From positions 160,001-224,000 of the forward strand of contig JBITAJ010000004.1 of the NCBI GenBank assembly GCA_044440125.1: DNA of 64,000 nt, read 5' to 3'. Position 1 is the first letter of the stretch, and each line of letters begins with the position of its first letter. A model generated the notes under the pieces. That model was given only the letters and a program-made list of their open reading frames with translations, ran no database searches and was not told the DNA's origin. This document shows positions 30,278-40,729 of this stretch, piece after piece. Source of the stretch: Sedimentisphaeraceae bacterium JB056 (lineage in GTDB: Bacteria; Planctomycetota; Phycisphaerae; Sedimentisphaerales; Sedimentisphaeraceae). Made by a program: the position numbers and the translations under genes.

Positions 30278-33200
30278 ATGAATTTAACGAAGATATTTTC
30301 TATAATTGTATTGCTATCGGTTGTCTGCTTTGCCGAGCAGCTTATTGACAAGCAAAGCGTACTCAATGAAAGCCAAAGCGTTACAATCGAGACATACCCC
30401 AACGCCGATGAAGTGATCCTGCACGACTATACACAGGTAAGCTACAATCCTGACGGCACGGCAATCGAAGTCTCAGAAGGATACACGAAGATACTAACAG
30501 AAAAGGCAAAACGCTCTAACCAGACCGTAAGCTACAACTTCACAATACCTTACAACGAAATAGACGTCAGCCTCGTTGAAATAATCAAACCAGACGGCCA
30601 AAGCGTCACCATCGACGTTGAGAGCGAAGGCAAGGTAATGATCGACCGCTCGCAAATGAGCTCAAACATCTACAACCCAAACGACAAGATATTCCAGGTA
30701 TCGATATCCGGCATAGAAATAGGCGACATCCTCCACACATCGGTAACAACAAAGATAGTCAAGCCGCGAATGGTGGATTCATGGAGTGATTATCAGGTAT
30801 TCGAGTACACAAGCCCGATTAAAAATCTCGTATACGAAATAATCGCCCCAAAAGAAAAACCGCTCGAAAGCATCGCCTTGAAAGATAAGCAGGGAGATAC
30901 GGTAACATATACCTCTTCCGAAACAGATGATGCCATCATACACAAATGGACGGTAAAAGATATCGACATGATATACCCCGAACCTGATATGCCGGCGTTC
31001 TGGACAACCGTCCAGCGACTGCTTGTCAGCACCAACCCCGACTGGCCAAGCGTTTCAAGATGGTATTGGGAGCTCAGCAAACCTCACCTCGAAGCAAATG
31101 AAGAAATGAAAGCTAAATGCCGTGAGCTGATCAGCGGCATTGAAGATAAAGATGAGCAGATGCGTGCGATATTCAAATTCGTCTCGCAGGACATTCGCTA
31201 CCTCGGCATAACAGTGGAAAAAGAAGCTCCCGGCTATGAGCCTCACGATGCTTCAATGACATTCGCCAACCGCCACGGCGTATGCCGCGATAAAGCCGCC
31301 CTGCTGGTGGCAATGCTCAGAGCCTCAGGCTTCCAGGCTTATCCGGTACTGATATACAGCGGACCAAAGAAAGATGAGGAAGTACCGCAGCCGTATTTCA
31401 ACCACGCAATCAGTGCGGTTAAAGATGATGATGGCTCGTTCATACTCATGGATTCGACAGATGAAAGCACGCAGGAACTGCTTCCGGCATACCTCAACGA
31501 CTGCAGCTATCTTGTTGCCACACCAGAAGGCACGCAGCTTATGGTCTCACCGATAGAACCGGCAGAAGATAATATGATGGACATCGAAACAACCGCTGAG
31601 GTATCGATTGATGGGCGTTATAAAGCACAAAGCACACTTATCTTTGAAGGTATCAATGACAATGCTTATCGCGGATTTTTCCTGAGAAGCTCACCGGAAC
31701 AAAGAAGACAGTATTTCGAGGCTGTTGTCAAAAGGCTTCTGCCCGGTGCCAACCTCACTTCTTTCGAGCTTAAACCCGACAACCTTCAGGATACCGCTCA
31801 GACCATTACCGCCAACCTCAGCTATCAGGCTGATAATGTCATAATAGATGATGGTGAGATGGGTGCGGCATCCATATACAATATAGGAGCAAAAGTAGGC
31901 ATGGTTAATTTCGTGCTGGGAAAGACAGGTCTCGAAAAAAGACGCTTCCCACTGGAAACCGGCTTTGCCTGCGGAGTTAAGGAGCACTACAGCCTGAAAG
32001 TCGCGGAAGGCATGGAGATCGTATCTTTACCTCAATATCAGAATATCGAAGATGACACAATGGTATGGAAACGTTCTGTCTCACAGGAAGAAAATATCGT
32101 AAAGGCTGATTCAGAATTCAAGCTCACAACGGTAAGATTCAGTCCTCAGCAATACCTCGCTCTTAAAAGCCATCTGGCCGATATAGAGTATAATGAAGCT
32201 CGCAAGCTGATACTTCATAAGATGGAAGAAACTCCCGATGCCGTAATCGAGCTTAACGATACTCACTACAGCCTTACAGATAAACACAACTGGAAGACAA
32301 GCTTCAGAATAAGAATAAGAGTGCTCACATACAAAGGTAAGAAAGATCTTTCGGAAATCAAGTTCAACTACAACCCCGCATGGGAAGAACTTGCAGTGCT
32401 CAGTGCTAAAGTTGAAACAGCCGGCGAGGTAAAAGAAATAAGCAATGAAGAGATCAATATCATGGATGCGGCATGGGCAGGTTCCGCTCCCCGCTATCCG
32501 GCAGGCAAGACCCTCGTTGCCTCACTGCCTGGTGTAGAAATCGGCAGTATAATAGAGTATGAAATCGAGAAAACCTCTACCGACAAACCTTTCTTTGCTG
32601 TTACTGAAATATTCGGCGACTATTACCCGATAAAGGAAAAGAATGTCAGGATAACAATGCCCGCCGATCTTGAATACGATATACTGGAAGACCAAAACGG
32701 GTTGCTGATACCTGATGACGGGATGGTAAACATCAAAACATCACATTCAGAAACCGCAACGACCAAGAGCATCGAATGGCAAGGCACAAATATAGACAAG
32801 ATAGAACGCGAGACATCTCAGCCGCCATCCAGCGGTATATCTCCGGTACTCAGCTTAACCACGGGAACATGGCAAGAGTACACCGCAAAGCTTAAAAAGA
32901 TAATCGAACGTTTCGAAATGACCAGAGAAGTCAAGATGTATTCAAGAAAGGCCGAGGAACTGACTAAATACGCCTCTGATGATATCGAGAAGATACAACA
33001 GATTCGCGATTTTATCGCCAAGAGCATCAGACCCGTTGGAGCAAGCTTCACAACTATGCCGCTCACATCACTGACAAAACCTGACATAACGCTGGTCAAC
33101 GGCTATGGCAACCATATGGACCGTGCGATACTTACAGCCGCAATGCTTAGATATCTCGGAATGGATGCATCAATAATCCTGGCATCAGGAGGCAGCCGCC

Positions 33201-34039
33201 TTGAAGAGTTTGAACAATTCAGAAAGAAAACTCCGGATACAAGCTCATTCTCAATACCGCTTGTAAAGGTAGTGGCAGAAGGCGAGACTTATTACCTTGG
33301 CGACACAGACCAATACGCAGCCCTTGGTTCAACAGCTTCCGACAAACACCTTTACCTCTCTCTCAATGACGCGAAAATCGACAGGGTAAATGTATCAGAG
33401 GATATGATCAGTCGAATCGACAATCATTACAGGATAAAAGCCGATTCTGATGGAGCCGTATGGATGGAAGCCGAAGAATACAGCTACGGCATATACCACG
33501 GCATCAGCAATAAGAAATATGAGGAAATGCCGCCGGAACAAACAAGGCGATATTATCAGGAATTGGTAGGTCAGATATCGCAGGCCGCAAGGGCTGACGG
33601 CAAACTGACGACAAACTTCGAAGAATACCCCGGAAAAGAGCAATACTCCATCATCATGAGCCGCTACGCAATCATTGATGATGCGTATCTCTACTTTGAA
33701 TTGCCGCCGGTACTGCCTTCACTTCCCGATATACGTGAGGACAGCAGGCAGACACCTTACTACAACTCAGGTTACATGCGTTACAAAACAACACTTGAGG
33801 TTCAGTTGCCTGATGGTTACGAACCTGTATTGCTGCCGGTTGAGGGCAAGAAACTTCTGCCGGCAAATGGCGGCACAATCACTATCACTCAACAGACAGA
33901 AGATGATAAAATAACGATTGTCTACCAGATAGATCTAAGGCCGTCGGTAATAATGCCTGAAATCTGTCCGCAATATTCCGATGCGGTTTCCTGGCTCAAT
34001 AACAAGGATAAAAAATTCATAATGCTCAGGAAAAAGTAA
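30278..34039 (+). CDS. Secreted tandem DUF3857/transglutaminase-like protein
   Basis: Signal peptide; two modules; the first has GVCRDKA/FNHAI/MDST; ATG 30278 with GAGG RBS. Confidence 0.85.
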   Translation: MNLTKIFSIIVLLSVVCFAEQLIDKQSVLNESQSVTIETYPNADEVILHDYTQVSYNPDGTAIEVSEGYTKILTEKAKRSNQTVSYNFTIPYNEIDVSLVEIIKPDGQSVTIDVESEGKVMIDRSQMSSNIYNPNDKIFQVSISGIEIGDILHTSVTTKIVKPRMVDSWSDYQVFEYTSPIKNLVYEIIAPKEKPLESIALKDKQGDTVTYTSSETDDAIIHKWTVKDIDMIYPEPDMPAFWTTVQRLLVSTNPDWPSVSRWYWELSKPHLEANEEMKAKCRELISGIEDKDEQMRAIFKFVSQDIRYLGITVEKEAPGYEPHDASMTFANRHGVCRDKAALLVAMLRASGFQAYPVLIYSGPKKDEEVPQPYFNHAISAVKDDDGSFILMDSTDESTQELLPAYLNDCSYLVATPEGTQLMVSPIEPAEDNMMDIETTAEVSIDGRYKAQSTLIFEGINDNAYRGFFLRSSPEQRRQYFEAVVKRLLPGANLTSFELKPDNLQDTAQTITANLSYQADNVIIDDGEMGAASIYNIGAKVGMVNFVLGKTGLEKRRFPLETGFACGVKEHYSLKVAEGMEIVSLPQYQNIEDDTMVWKRSVSQEENIVKADSEFKLTTVRFSPQQYLALKSHLADIEYNEARKLILHKMEETPDAVIELNDTHYSLTDKHNWKTSFRIRIRVLTYKGKKDLSEIKFNYNPAWEELAVLSAKVETAGEVKEISNEEINIMDAAWAGSAPRYPAGKTLVASLPGVEIGSIIEYEIEKTSTDKPFFAVTEIFGDYYPIKEKNVRITMPADLEYDILEDQNGLLIPDDGMVNIKTSHSETATTKSIEWQGTNIDKIERETSQPPSSGISPVLSLTTGTWQEYTAKLKKIIERFEMTREVKMYSRKAEELTKYASDDIEKIQQIRDFIAKSIRPVGASFTTMPLTSLTKPDITLVNGYGNHMDRAILTAAMLRYLGMDASIILASGGSRLEEFEQFRKKTPDTSSFSIPLVKVVAEGETYYLGDTDQYAALGSTASDKHLYLSLNDAKIDRVNVSEDMISRIDNHYRIKADSDGAVWMEAEEYSYGIYHGISNKKYEEMPPEQTRRYYQELVGQISQAARADGKLTTNFEEYPGKEQYSIIMSRYAIIDDAYLYFELPPVLPSLPDIREDSRQTPYYNSGYMRYKTTLEVQLPDGYEPVLLPVEGKKLLPANGGTITITQQTEDDKITIVYQIDLRPSVIMPEICPQYSDAVSWLNNKDKKFIMLRKK

Positions 34040-34045
34040 AATAAC

Positions 34046-34081
34046 AAACGGCGGGTATCATTCAGCGATACTCGCCGTTTT
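34046..34081. terminator. Bidirectional terminator-like hairpin
   Basis: AAACGGCGGGTATC...GATACTCGCCGTTT between convergent genes. Confidence 0.75.
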
Positions 34082-34099
34082 CAATTTCGGCAAAACAAA

Positions 34100-36904
34100 T
34101 CAGCAATTGATCTTCACATCAGGCCGTCCGGAAAGCTCTGCCCTGATCTCACGACCAAGATAAACCTCAAACCCTTCAGCCGCCGGACCTATTATATCGT
34201 TATAAGAAACCTTGACCTTTGTATTACTGGTACCCGAATCGTGTCCAAGCTTGCGTACCAATTTCACAATCTCGGCGACCGCATAATCGTGAGCATCCTC
34301 CAATTTTGAGAATCTTTGGGAACCCGGCAAGCCCTCGACAACGAAAACCTCATCATAAATGCTTATCCTCACACTTCGTCTGATAAGCACATCGCTGCTG
34401 ATAGCGCCTATGGCATTCGCGACATCCCCATCTTCCGGTATGATCGCTTTGGTCGAGAGCTTTTCGGCCGCCTGAGGTACAAAATATCCCGCAGGAGCAC
34501 CAACGCCTATCACAGGCGAATTCAATTTTATACTGACGCTGTAATCATCGCCGTCGGACTTAAACATATTTTCAAGCAGCGTATTGCAAACGCAGCATTT
34601 ATCCAGCTCATCGGAATCGGTTTTCTCGTCTAACTGCTTCTTGAGTATCTCGACGGTAAGCTTACGTATTATTTCCTCTCGAACCCTTTCAATAAGAGTC
34701 TCTGTTTCCACGCCGCATATCGAAGCGAACAAGTCACATATGCGTCGTGATATCGAGCTGTCCCAGTGCTTAAACTCTCCTGAAGCGTGAAGAATATCCG
34801 TCGGCGTTAAACCGCAGCGAGTAATCACATGGTGTTCCTCAAGCCGCTCGATCCTGAGCATAGTATGCCAGGAAAGTTCCAGCTTATTGGTAAGCTCATC
34901 AAATGAATAAGGCCGCTGGGCAAGAGCATCCACTATCGCTTGTTCATGCTCATTGAGATCAAGCGAATAATCCGGATCCGACAACACAAAAAACTGCATC
35001 AGCTCTGTTGAGCTTTTATAATCATCGCGCCGATCCTCCAGATATTTCAAGGCAGACTCAACACCATCGTTCTTCGAAGCCATCCAGCATACCGGCCCTA
35101 CGCGTCTTGGCCCAATCTTCAGATTACCTTCCATGAAGTTTATGATACTGTCGCCGCCAAGACCGACAGTGCGCATATCAAGCGCCTTGACATGGGTCTT
35201 GTGACTTCCAACCCGGGTCCCTGAATCATGCACCCGAATCACTCCGTCTTTCACAATCGCCGTATCGGTAGTAGTGCCTCCCATATCCACCACGATAGCA
35301 TCTTTTAGCTCCGTAAGGTATCTTGCACCGGCCACGCTTGCCGCCGGCCCTGAAAGAACCGTCTCTATCGGTTTGACCGCGGCCATCTGCTCGCTCATAA
35401 GCGTACCATCACCTTTGACTACCATCACAGGCACATGTATCTTGAAATCATCAAGCGTGGCTTTCAATTGCTGTATGAATTTTTCTATCCTGCCAATGAT
35501 GCGGGCATTCAAAACCGCCGTCATCGCGCGGGTCTTGAAATCCAGCATGTCACTCAGCTCATGACCGCAGGTAACACTGCATCCGATGGTTTCCTTAACG
35601 ATTTTCTTGACCGTAAGTTCAAGCTCCGGATTGATCACCCCGGCATAACCCGATATCGCAAAGGCATCCACACCATTACGATGCATCTCTTTGGCGACAT
35701 CACGAACCTGATCATGATCCACAGGCTCAACAACCGTTCCGGAAATATCAAGTTTACCTCGCAAAACAGCTTTTGTATCATGCGATATCTCATCGGGATT
35801 AAAAATGCCGCGAGAGGGCATCAGCAGCAGCCCCACCCTGGAGCCATGCCCTTCAACGATTGCGTTTGTAGCAAGTGTCGTAGACACTGACACGAGATCA
35901 ACACGCCCCAGCATACCGGCCGGCAGTTGCTCAAGCACCTCTCTTATGCCTATTGAATAATTCCATTTTGTCGTAAGAGCCTTGCCCTTGGCGACTATTT
36001 TCTCTGAATCGAAATCATATATCGAAGCATCCGTATAGGTACCGCCGGCATCAATTCCCAACCCAAGCCGCGAATACTCATGCGATTGCTTATCTCCACC
36101 ACCGTTTAGTATGATTTCTTTGCTCTCTGCGATATGTACATTCTCCTGATTTTGCGGTCCTGAATTCAAATTTCTAAGCTTTGCATCATAAAACGTAATA
36201 TGATTGGGCGGCACAACAAGTATCTCGTCAGTAGTAGCGGTAACTTCGAACGATTTCCTCAGCAATTCGCAATCACCCTCAACCTGCTCATATTTCCATC
36301 CGTAGGCTTTGGCCATATTTTCAGCGTATGCCTTGAATTTCGCCATTCCCGGAGCGGATGTATTAATGAAAACGGCACGCTGGTAATTCTTCTGCCAACT
36401 ATTGACAAAATTTCTGATAACATCGGCGTTATCCTGACCATAATCATTAACGAGCTCACCATCTGTCACAGTCTTTCCGGCAATAAACGAACCGCCTTGC
36501 TGCTTTTGTCCCTGCGGCTGCACTTTTTCCTGATACCAGCCCGCGGAGATATAATATGTTCCCGGATACTTAGCAAACTCTCTCTTGTACGCCTGATCAC
36601 TTCCAAGAAAAAGAGCGATGCAGTCGTGAACTTTAGGTATCACAAGAGGCACATTCCGCGCAGTTATGCCGACCGTGCCGTTGCCGCACAATCCGTAACC
36701 TATCACAATCCGGTCGTACTTATTCTGAGTGGAAACATCATCTATGGCTTCCTGAAGCTTCTGTTTGAGAAGCTTGGGCTTGCTGTGAAGCCCGCCTTCA
36801 AGAAACGTAAAGCTTAGATCGACACCAAGTTCTTTGGCTATCCGTTTCGAATCGACTGCCAAGACGCCGCAGGCAATCATATGTATTCGCTTATCTTTGT
36901 TCAT
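34100..36904 (-). CDS. DUF1638 domain fused to hydantoinase/oxoprolinase N-terminal (ASKHA) domain
   Basis: IACGVL..GLH..P, GYGLCGNG, HDCIALFLGS; then GIDAGGTYTDA, STTLATNA, SGPAAS, VDMGGTTTD, GLGGDS. Confidence 0.85.
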   Translation of the reverse strand: MNKDKRIHMIACGVLAVDSKRIAKELGVDLSFTFLEGGLHSKPKLLKQKLQEAIDDVSTQNKYDRIVIGYGLCGNGTVGITARNVPLVIPKVHDCIALFLGSDQAYKREFAKYPGTYYISAGWYQEKVQPQGQKQQGGSFIAGKTVTDGELVNDYGQDNADVIRNFVNSWQKNYQRAVFINTSAPGMAKFKAYAENMAKAYGWKYEQVEGDCELLRKSFEVTATTDEILVVPPNHITFYDAKLRNLNSGPQNQENVHIAESKEIILNGGGDKQSHEYSRLGLGIDAGGTYTDASIYDFDSEKIVAKGKALTTKWNYSIGIREVLEQLPAGMLGRVDLVSVSTTLATNAIVEGHGSRVGLLLMPSRGIFNPDEISHDTKAVLRGKLDISGTVVEPVDHDQVRDVAKEMHRNGVDAFAISGYAGVINPELELTVKKIVKETIGCSVTCGHELSDMLDFKTRAMTAVLNARIIGRIEKFIQQLKATLDDFKIHVPVMVVKGDGTLMSEQMAAVKPIETVLSGPAASVAGARYLTELKDAIVVDMGGTTTDTAIVKDGVIRVHDSGTRVGSHKTHVKALDMRTVGLGGDSIINFMEGNLKIGPRRVGPVCWMASKNDGVESALKYLEDRRDDYKSSTELMQFFVLSDPDYSLDLNEHEQAIVDALAQRPYSFDELTNKLELSWHTMLRIERLEEHHVITRCGLTPTDILHASGEFKHWDSSISRRICDLFASICGVETETLIERVREEIIRKLTVEILKKQLDEKTDSDELDKCCVCNTLLENMFKSDGDDYSVSIKLNSPVIGVGAPAGYFVPQAAEKLSTKAIIPEDGDVANAIGAISSDVLIRRSVRISIYDEVFVVEGLPGSQRFSKLEDAHDYAVAEIVKLVRKLGHDSGTSNTKVKVSYNDIIGPAAEGFEVYLGREIRAELSGRPDVKINC

Positions 36905-37235
36905 GGTATAGGAATATTCTCTTAATTGCAGATAAATGGCTATAAAATATGTTGTTAGACTAAAATAGAGTCTAACATAATCATAGATGCAAAAAAATAT
37001 CAAGCATCAGGATTTTCCCCAAAACAGCATGTTTCTTACAATTAATAGCAAGATTATGCAAAAACTCCATACTTAATCATGCTCCACAATGTATGCCTTT
37101 TTTGCTTCATTTTTTGGTTTTACTTAAAAGGTACGTGTTTTGAGCTTTTCATAAAGTGCTTTTTGGTATAAAATACCCCGAAAGAGTTGAGAATATTCGC
37201 ATTTTGCATTGTTTAATTTCCCGAAAGCTTAAGCT

Positions 37236-40007
37236 ATGAAAAAGAGCCTTTATATAATTGATGGTCATGCTCTGATATACTCCGGTTACTACGCTCCTAT
37301 GCGTGCTAACCTCACCAGCCCTGCAGGTGAGCCGACCAAATCCACATTCATATTCACAAACACCATTCTTGGTCTGATAAACCGCAAGAAACCGGATATG
37401 CTCGTGGTAGCGATGGACAGCAAGGGCAAAACTTTCCGCAGCGATATCTATCCCGATTACAAGGCTCACCGCCCTCCGATGCCCGAGGATATGCCCGTAC
37501 AGATTAACCGTATCGAGCAGATACTTACCGCAATGCACATACCTATATTAAGGATTGACGGCTTTGAGGCCGATGATATCATCGGCACACTCGCAGAAAA
37601 GGGCAAGAAGATGGATATGGATGTTTATATCTGCTCCAAGGATAAGGATATGCTCCAGCTTCTTGATGAAGGCGTGTATCTGTATGACATGAAGAAGGAT
37701 GAAGTCAAAGATGTTCAGTGGCTCAAGGACGAAAAAGGCATAACGCCCGATCAGTTCATCGACGCTCTCGCTCTTCAGGGCGACACTGCCGATAATATAC
37801 CGGGGCTTCCTGATGTAGGCCCCAAGACATCTGAACAGTGGATAGCTAAATACGGTTCAATAGAGAATTTATATGAGCACAGTGATGAGATCAAAGGCAA
37901 ACGCGGCGATTCGCTCCGCAACAACAAAGATCAGCTTGAAGTAAGCCGCAAACTGGTTGTTATAAATTGCGACAGCCCCGTTGAGATAGAACCCGACCTC
38001 TTCACACTCAAAGAACCTGACAAGGACCAGCTTGCCGAGCTTTTCGGACAGCTTGGATTCAATAAACTTGCCGCCCAGCTTGGGATAACTCAGGAAGATA
38101 TGCATGAAGACGGCGACCAAGCCTCTCTTTTTGACGGTTCCAAATCTAAGAAATCAGGCTCAAAAACCGAAAGCGCTGAACCAACTGCACAAACGAAGAA
38201 AAACATCCAGAATACCGACCATAAGTATGAGTTGATAAACACGAAAGAGAAGCTGGACACTTTCCTCGAAGAACTCCGAAAGCAGGAAATATTCGCCATC
38301 GATACAGAAACAACAAGCATCAACTCCATGGAAGCGGATCTTGTTGGTATCAGCATCTCTTACAAGGCCGCAAGCGGATATTATCTGCCAGTTAAGGCCC
38401 CTCTTGGTGATAAGAAGCTCAATATTTCCGACTTGAAAGAGCCGCTTGGCGAGATACTTTCCAATCCTGACATCAAGAAAATTGGCCAGAATCTCAAGTA
38501 TGATATGCCGGTACTTGCCAATGCCGGTATGCCGCTTGAAGGTGCGGAATTTGACACAATGATAGCCTCATACGTGCTTGATGCCAGCCGCAAAAGCAAC
38601 TCAATGGACAACATGTCACTCGATTATCTCGGCTATGAATGCGTACCGATAAGCGAACTGATTGGAACAGGCAAAAAGCAGCGTACTTTCGACACCGTAC
38701 AGACAGATGTTGCGTGTGAGTATGCCGCTGAGGATGCGGATATTACATGGCAGCTCTACGAATACCTCAAGCCGCGTCTTGAAAATCAACCCCAGCTTCA
38801 AAAGCTCTTTACAGAGATAGAAATGCCGCTAATGCTGGTGCTGACTAAGATGGAAATGAGCGGCGTAAGCATTGATGCGGCGCTGCTGAGGAATATGTCG
38901 CACGAAATCGCAGAGAGAATCGACTCGCTTACCGATACGATACATGAAAAATGCGGCAACGTATTCAATATTGATTCGCCAAAACAGCTCTCCGAGATAT
39001 TATTCGACCGCCTCTCTCTGCCGCAGATAAAGAAACGCAGCACCGATGCCGATGTTCTCGAAAAGCTCTCAGACTTCCACCCTGTTATAGAGGATATACT
39101 GGAATATCGCCAGCTCAGCAAGCTTAAGAATACTTACCTTGATAAGCTGCCCGCTATGGTCAACCGCAAAACAGGCCGCCTGCATGCGTCATTCAACCAG
39201 ACAGTAACCGCAACTGGCAGGCTCAGTTCATCGAATCCGAACCTGCAGAATATACCTGTAAGAAGCGAAATCGGCCGCAAGATACGTTCGGCATTCGTAG
39301 CGGAGGATACCGACGGCGTGATACTCAGTGCCGACTATTCGCAAATTGAGCTTCGACTTCTCGCGCATCTCTCAGGCGATAAATCGCTGCTGGGTGCGTT
39401 CGCTGATAATATGGATATTCACCGCTTTGTTGCTTCGCAGGTATTCGATGTCGAGCCGCAGGAGGTTACAGACGATATGAGGGCAAAAGCGAAAGCCGTA
39501 AACTTCGGCGTGATATACGGCCAAGGACCATATGCTCTCTCGCAATCACTCGGCATACCGCAGAAAGAAGCTAAAGCCTTTATCGAAAGCTACTTCCAGA
39601 GATACAGCACGATTAAGCAGTTTATGGAAGAAGTAATCGAAAAGACGAAAAAAGACGGCTACGCCTCCACAATTCTCGGCAGAAGAAGAGCAATAGACGG
39701 ACTCAACGCACGAAACGCAAATATCCGCTCATCAGCAGAAAGAATGGCATTCAATACCGCCATCCAGGGCTCAGCGGCAGACCTTATCAAGCTGGCAATG
39801 ATAAACATCCAGCACAAAATTGATGCCGAGGGGCTGCCGGTGAGAATGATACTGCAGATTCATGACGAACTGGTATTTGAGCTGCCCGAAAGCGGCGTTG
39901 ATGAATATACAATGTGGATAAAAGGCGAGATGGAACACGCCATCGACCTCAGCGTGAAGCTGAAAGTTGACACAGGCTACGGAAAAACCTGGTTCGCGGG
40001 ACATTAA
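37236..40007 (+). CDS. polA: DNA polymerase I
   Basis: 5'-3' exonuclease (EADD, GDTADNIPG), 3'-5' exonuclease (IDTET, YAAEDAD), polymerase (TGRLSS, DYSQIELR, QIHDEL). Confidence 0.98.
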   Translation: MKKSLYIIDGHALIYSGYYAPMRANLTSPAGEPTKSTFIFTNTILGLINRKKPDMLVVAMDSKGKTFRSDIYPDYKAHRPPMPEDMPVQINRIEQILTAMHIPILRIDGFEADDIIGTLAEKGKKMDMDVYICSKDKDMLQLLDEGVYLYDMKKDEVKDVQWLKDEKGITPDQFIDALALQGDTADNIPGLPDVGPKTSEQWIAKYGSIENLYEHSDEIKGKRGDSLRNNKDQLEVSRKLVVINCDSPVEIEPDLFTLKEPDKDQLAELFGQLGFNKLAAQLGITQEDMHEDGDQASLFDGSKSKKSGSKTESAEPTAQTKKNIQNTDHKYELINTKEKLDTFLEELRKQEIFAIDTETTSINSMEADLVGISISYKAASGYYLPVKAPLGDKKLNISDLKEPLGEILSNPDIKKIGQNLKYDMPVLANAGMPLEGAEFDTMIASYVLDASRKSNSMDNMSLDYLGYECVPISELIGTGKKQRTFDTVQTDVACEYAAEDADITWQLYEYLKPRLENQPQLQKLFTEIEMPLMLVLTKMEMSGVSIDAALLRNMSHEIAERIDSLTDTIHEKCGNVFNIDSPKQLSEILFDRLSLPQIKKRSTDADVLEKLSDFHPVIEDILEYRQLSKLKNTYLDKLPAMVNRKTGRLHASFNQTVTATGRLSSSNPNLQNIPVRSEIGRKIRSAFVAEDTDGVILSADYSQIELRLLAHLSGDKSLLGAFADNMDIHRFVASQVFDVEPQEVTDDMRAKAKAVNFGVIYGQGPYALSQSLGIPQKEAKAFIESYFQRYSTIKQFMEEVIEKTKKDGYASTILGRRRAIDGLNARNANIRSSAERMAFNTAIQGSAADLIKLAMINIQHKIDAEGLPVRMILQIHDELVFELPESGVDEYTMWIKGEMEHAIDLSVKLKVDTGYGKTWFAGH

Positions 40008-40014
40008 GAACACT

Positions 40015-40068
40015 AAAAAAGTCAGACCCGTCGGACAATTCCGACAGGTCTGACTTTTTTCACACACT
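40015..40068. terminator. Hairpin/terminator after polA (repeat copy 1)
   Basis: AAAAAAGTCAGACCCGTCGGA...TCCGACAGGTCTGACTTTTTT. Confidence 0.8.
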
Positions 40069-40113
40069 CCAAATGTTTATTTCTAAATTAAGCTTGCTTT
40101 TTGGGGAACAAAA

Positions 40114-40134
40114 AAGTACGCTATTACGTACGCT
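40114..40134. promoter_or_regulatory. Putative TA operator (two GTACGC cores 12 bp apart)
   Basis: AAGTACGCTATTACGTACGCT immediately upstream of the antitoxin. Confidence 0.6.
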
Positions 40135-40149
40135 TTATAAGGTAAAACA

Positions 40150-40392
40150 ATGACAACAGTTACAGTTACAAATGCTCGTAAGGAGCTATACAACCTGTTA
40201 GATCAGGTGCAGCAGTCGCACGAGCCGATTCATATAACCGGCAAACGCGGCAGCGGTGTTTTGATTTCCGAAGAGGATTTCGCCGCCATACAGGAAACTC
40301 TGTATCTTCAATCGATACCCGGGATGACCGAAAGTATAATAGAAGGCATGAAAACCGATACCCAAGAGTGCAGTGAGGAATTGGACTGGTGA
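40150..40392 (+). CDS. yefM: Phd/YefM family antitoxin
   Basis: TNARKELYNLLDQV..SHEPIHITGKR..GVLISEEDF..IQETLYL. Confidence 0.92.
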   Translation: MTTVTVTNARKELYNLLDQVQQSHEPIHITGKRGSGVLISEEDFAAIQETLYLQSIPGMTESIIEGMKTDTQECSEELDW

Positions 40393-40652
40393 GCTATAAG
40401 GTCGTTTTCACAGAATACGCCCAGAAAGACGCAAAAAAACTGACACAATCAGGTCTCAAAAACAACGCACAAAAACTTCTCGAAATCCTTAAAAACGACC
40501 CCTATAAATCTCCGCCTCCATACGAAAAACTCATTGGCAATCTCTCCGGCGCATATTCCCGCCGCATCAACATCCAACACCGGCTTGTCTATCAGGTATT
40601 GGAGGATGAAAAAACGGTAAAAGTATTAAGAATGTGGTCACATTACGAATGA
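40389..40652 (+). CDS. yoeB: Txe/YoeB family toxin
   Basis: PPPYEKLIGNLSGAYSRRINIQHRLVY...RMWSHYE; GTGA overlap with the antitoxin. Confidence 0.95.
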   Translation: MSYKVVFTEYAQKDAKKLTQSGLKNNAQKLLEILKNDPYKSPPPYEKLIGNLSGAYSRRINIQHRLVYQVLEDEKTVKVLRMWSHYE

Positions 40653-40682
40653 CACTGCAGAATACTTAAGAAATTTGCAATA

Positions 40683-40729
40683 TCAGACTCGTCCGAATTG
40701 TCCGACAGGTCTGACATTTTTCACAAACT
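40683..40729. repeat. Hairpin (repeat copy 2) after the TA pair
   Basis: TCAGACTCGTCCGAATTGTCCGACAGGTCTGACATTTTTCACA. Confidence 0.75.
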
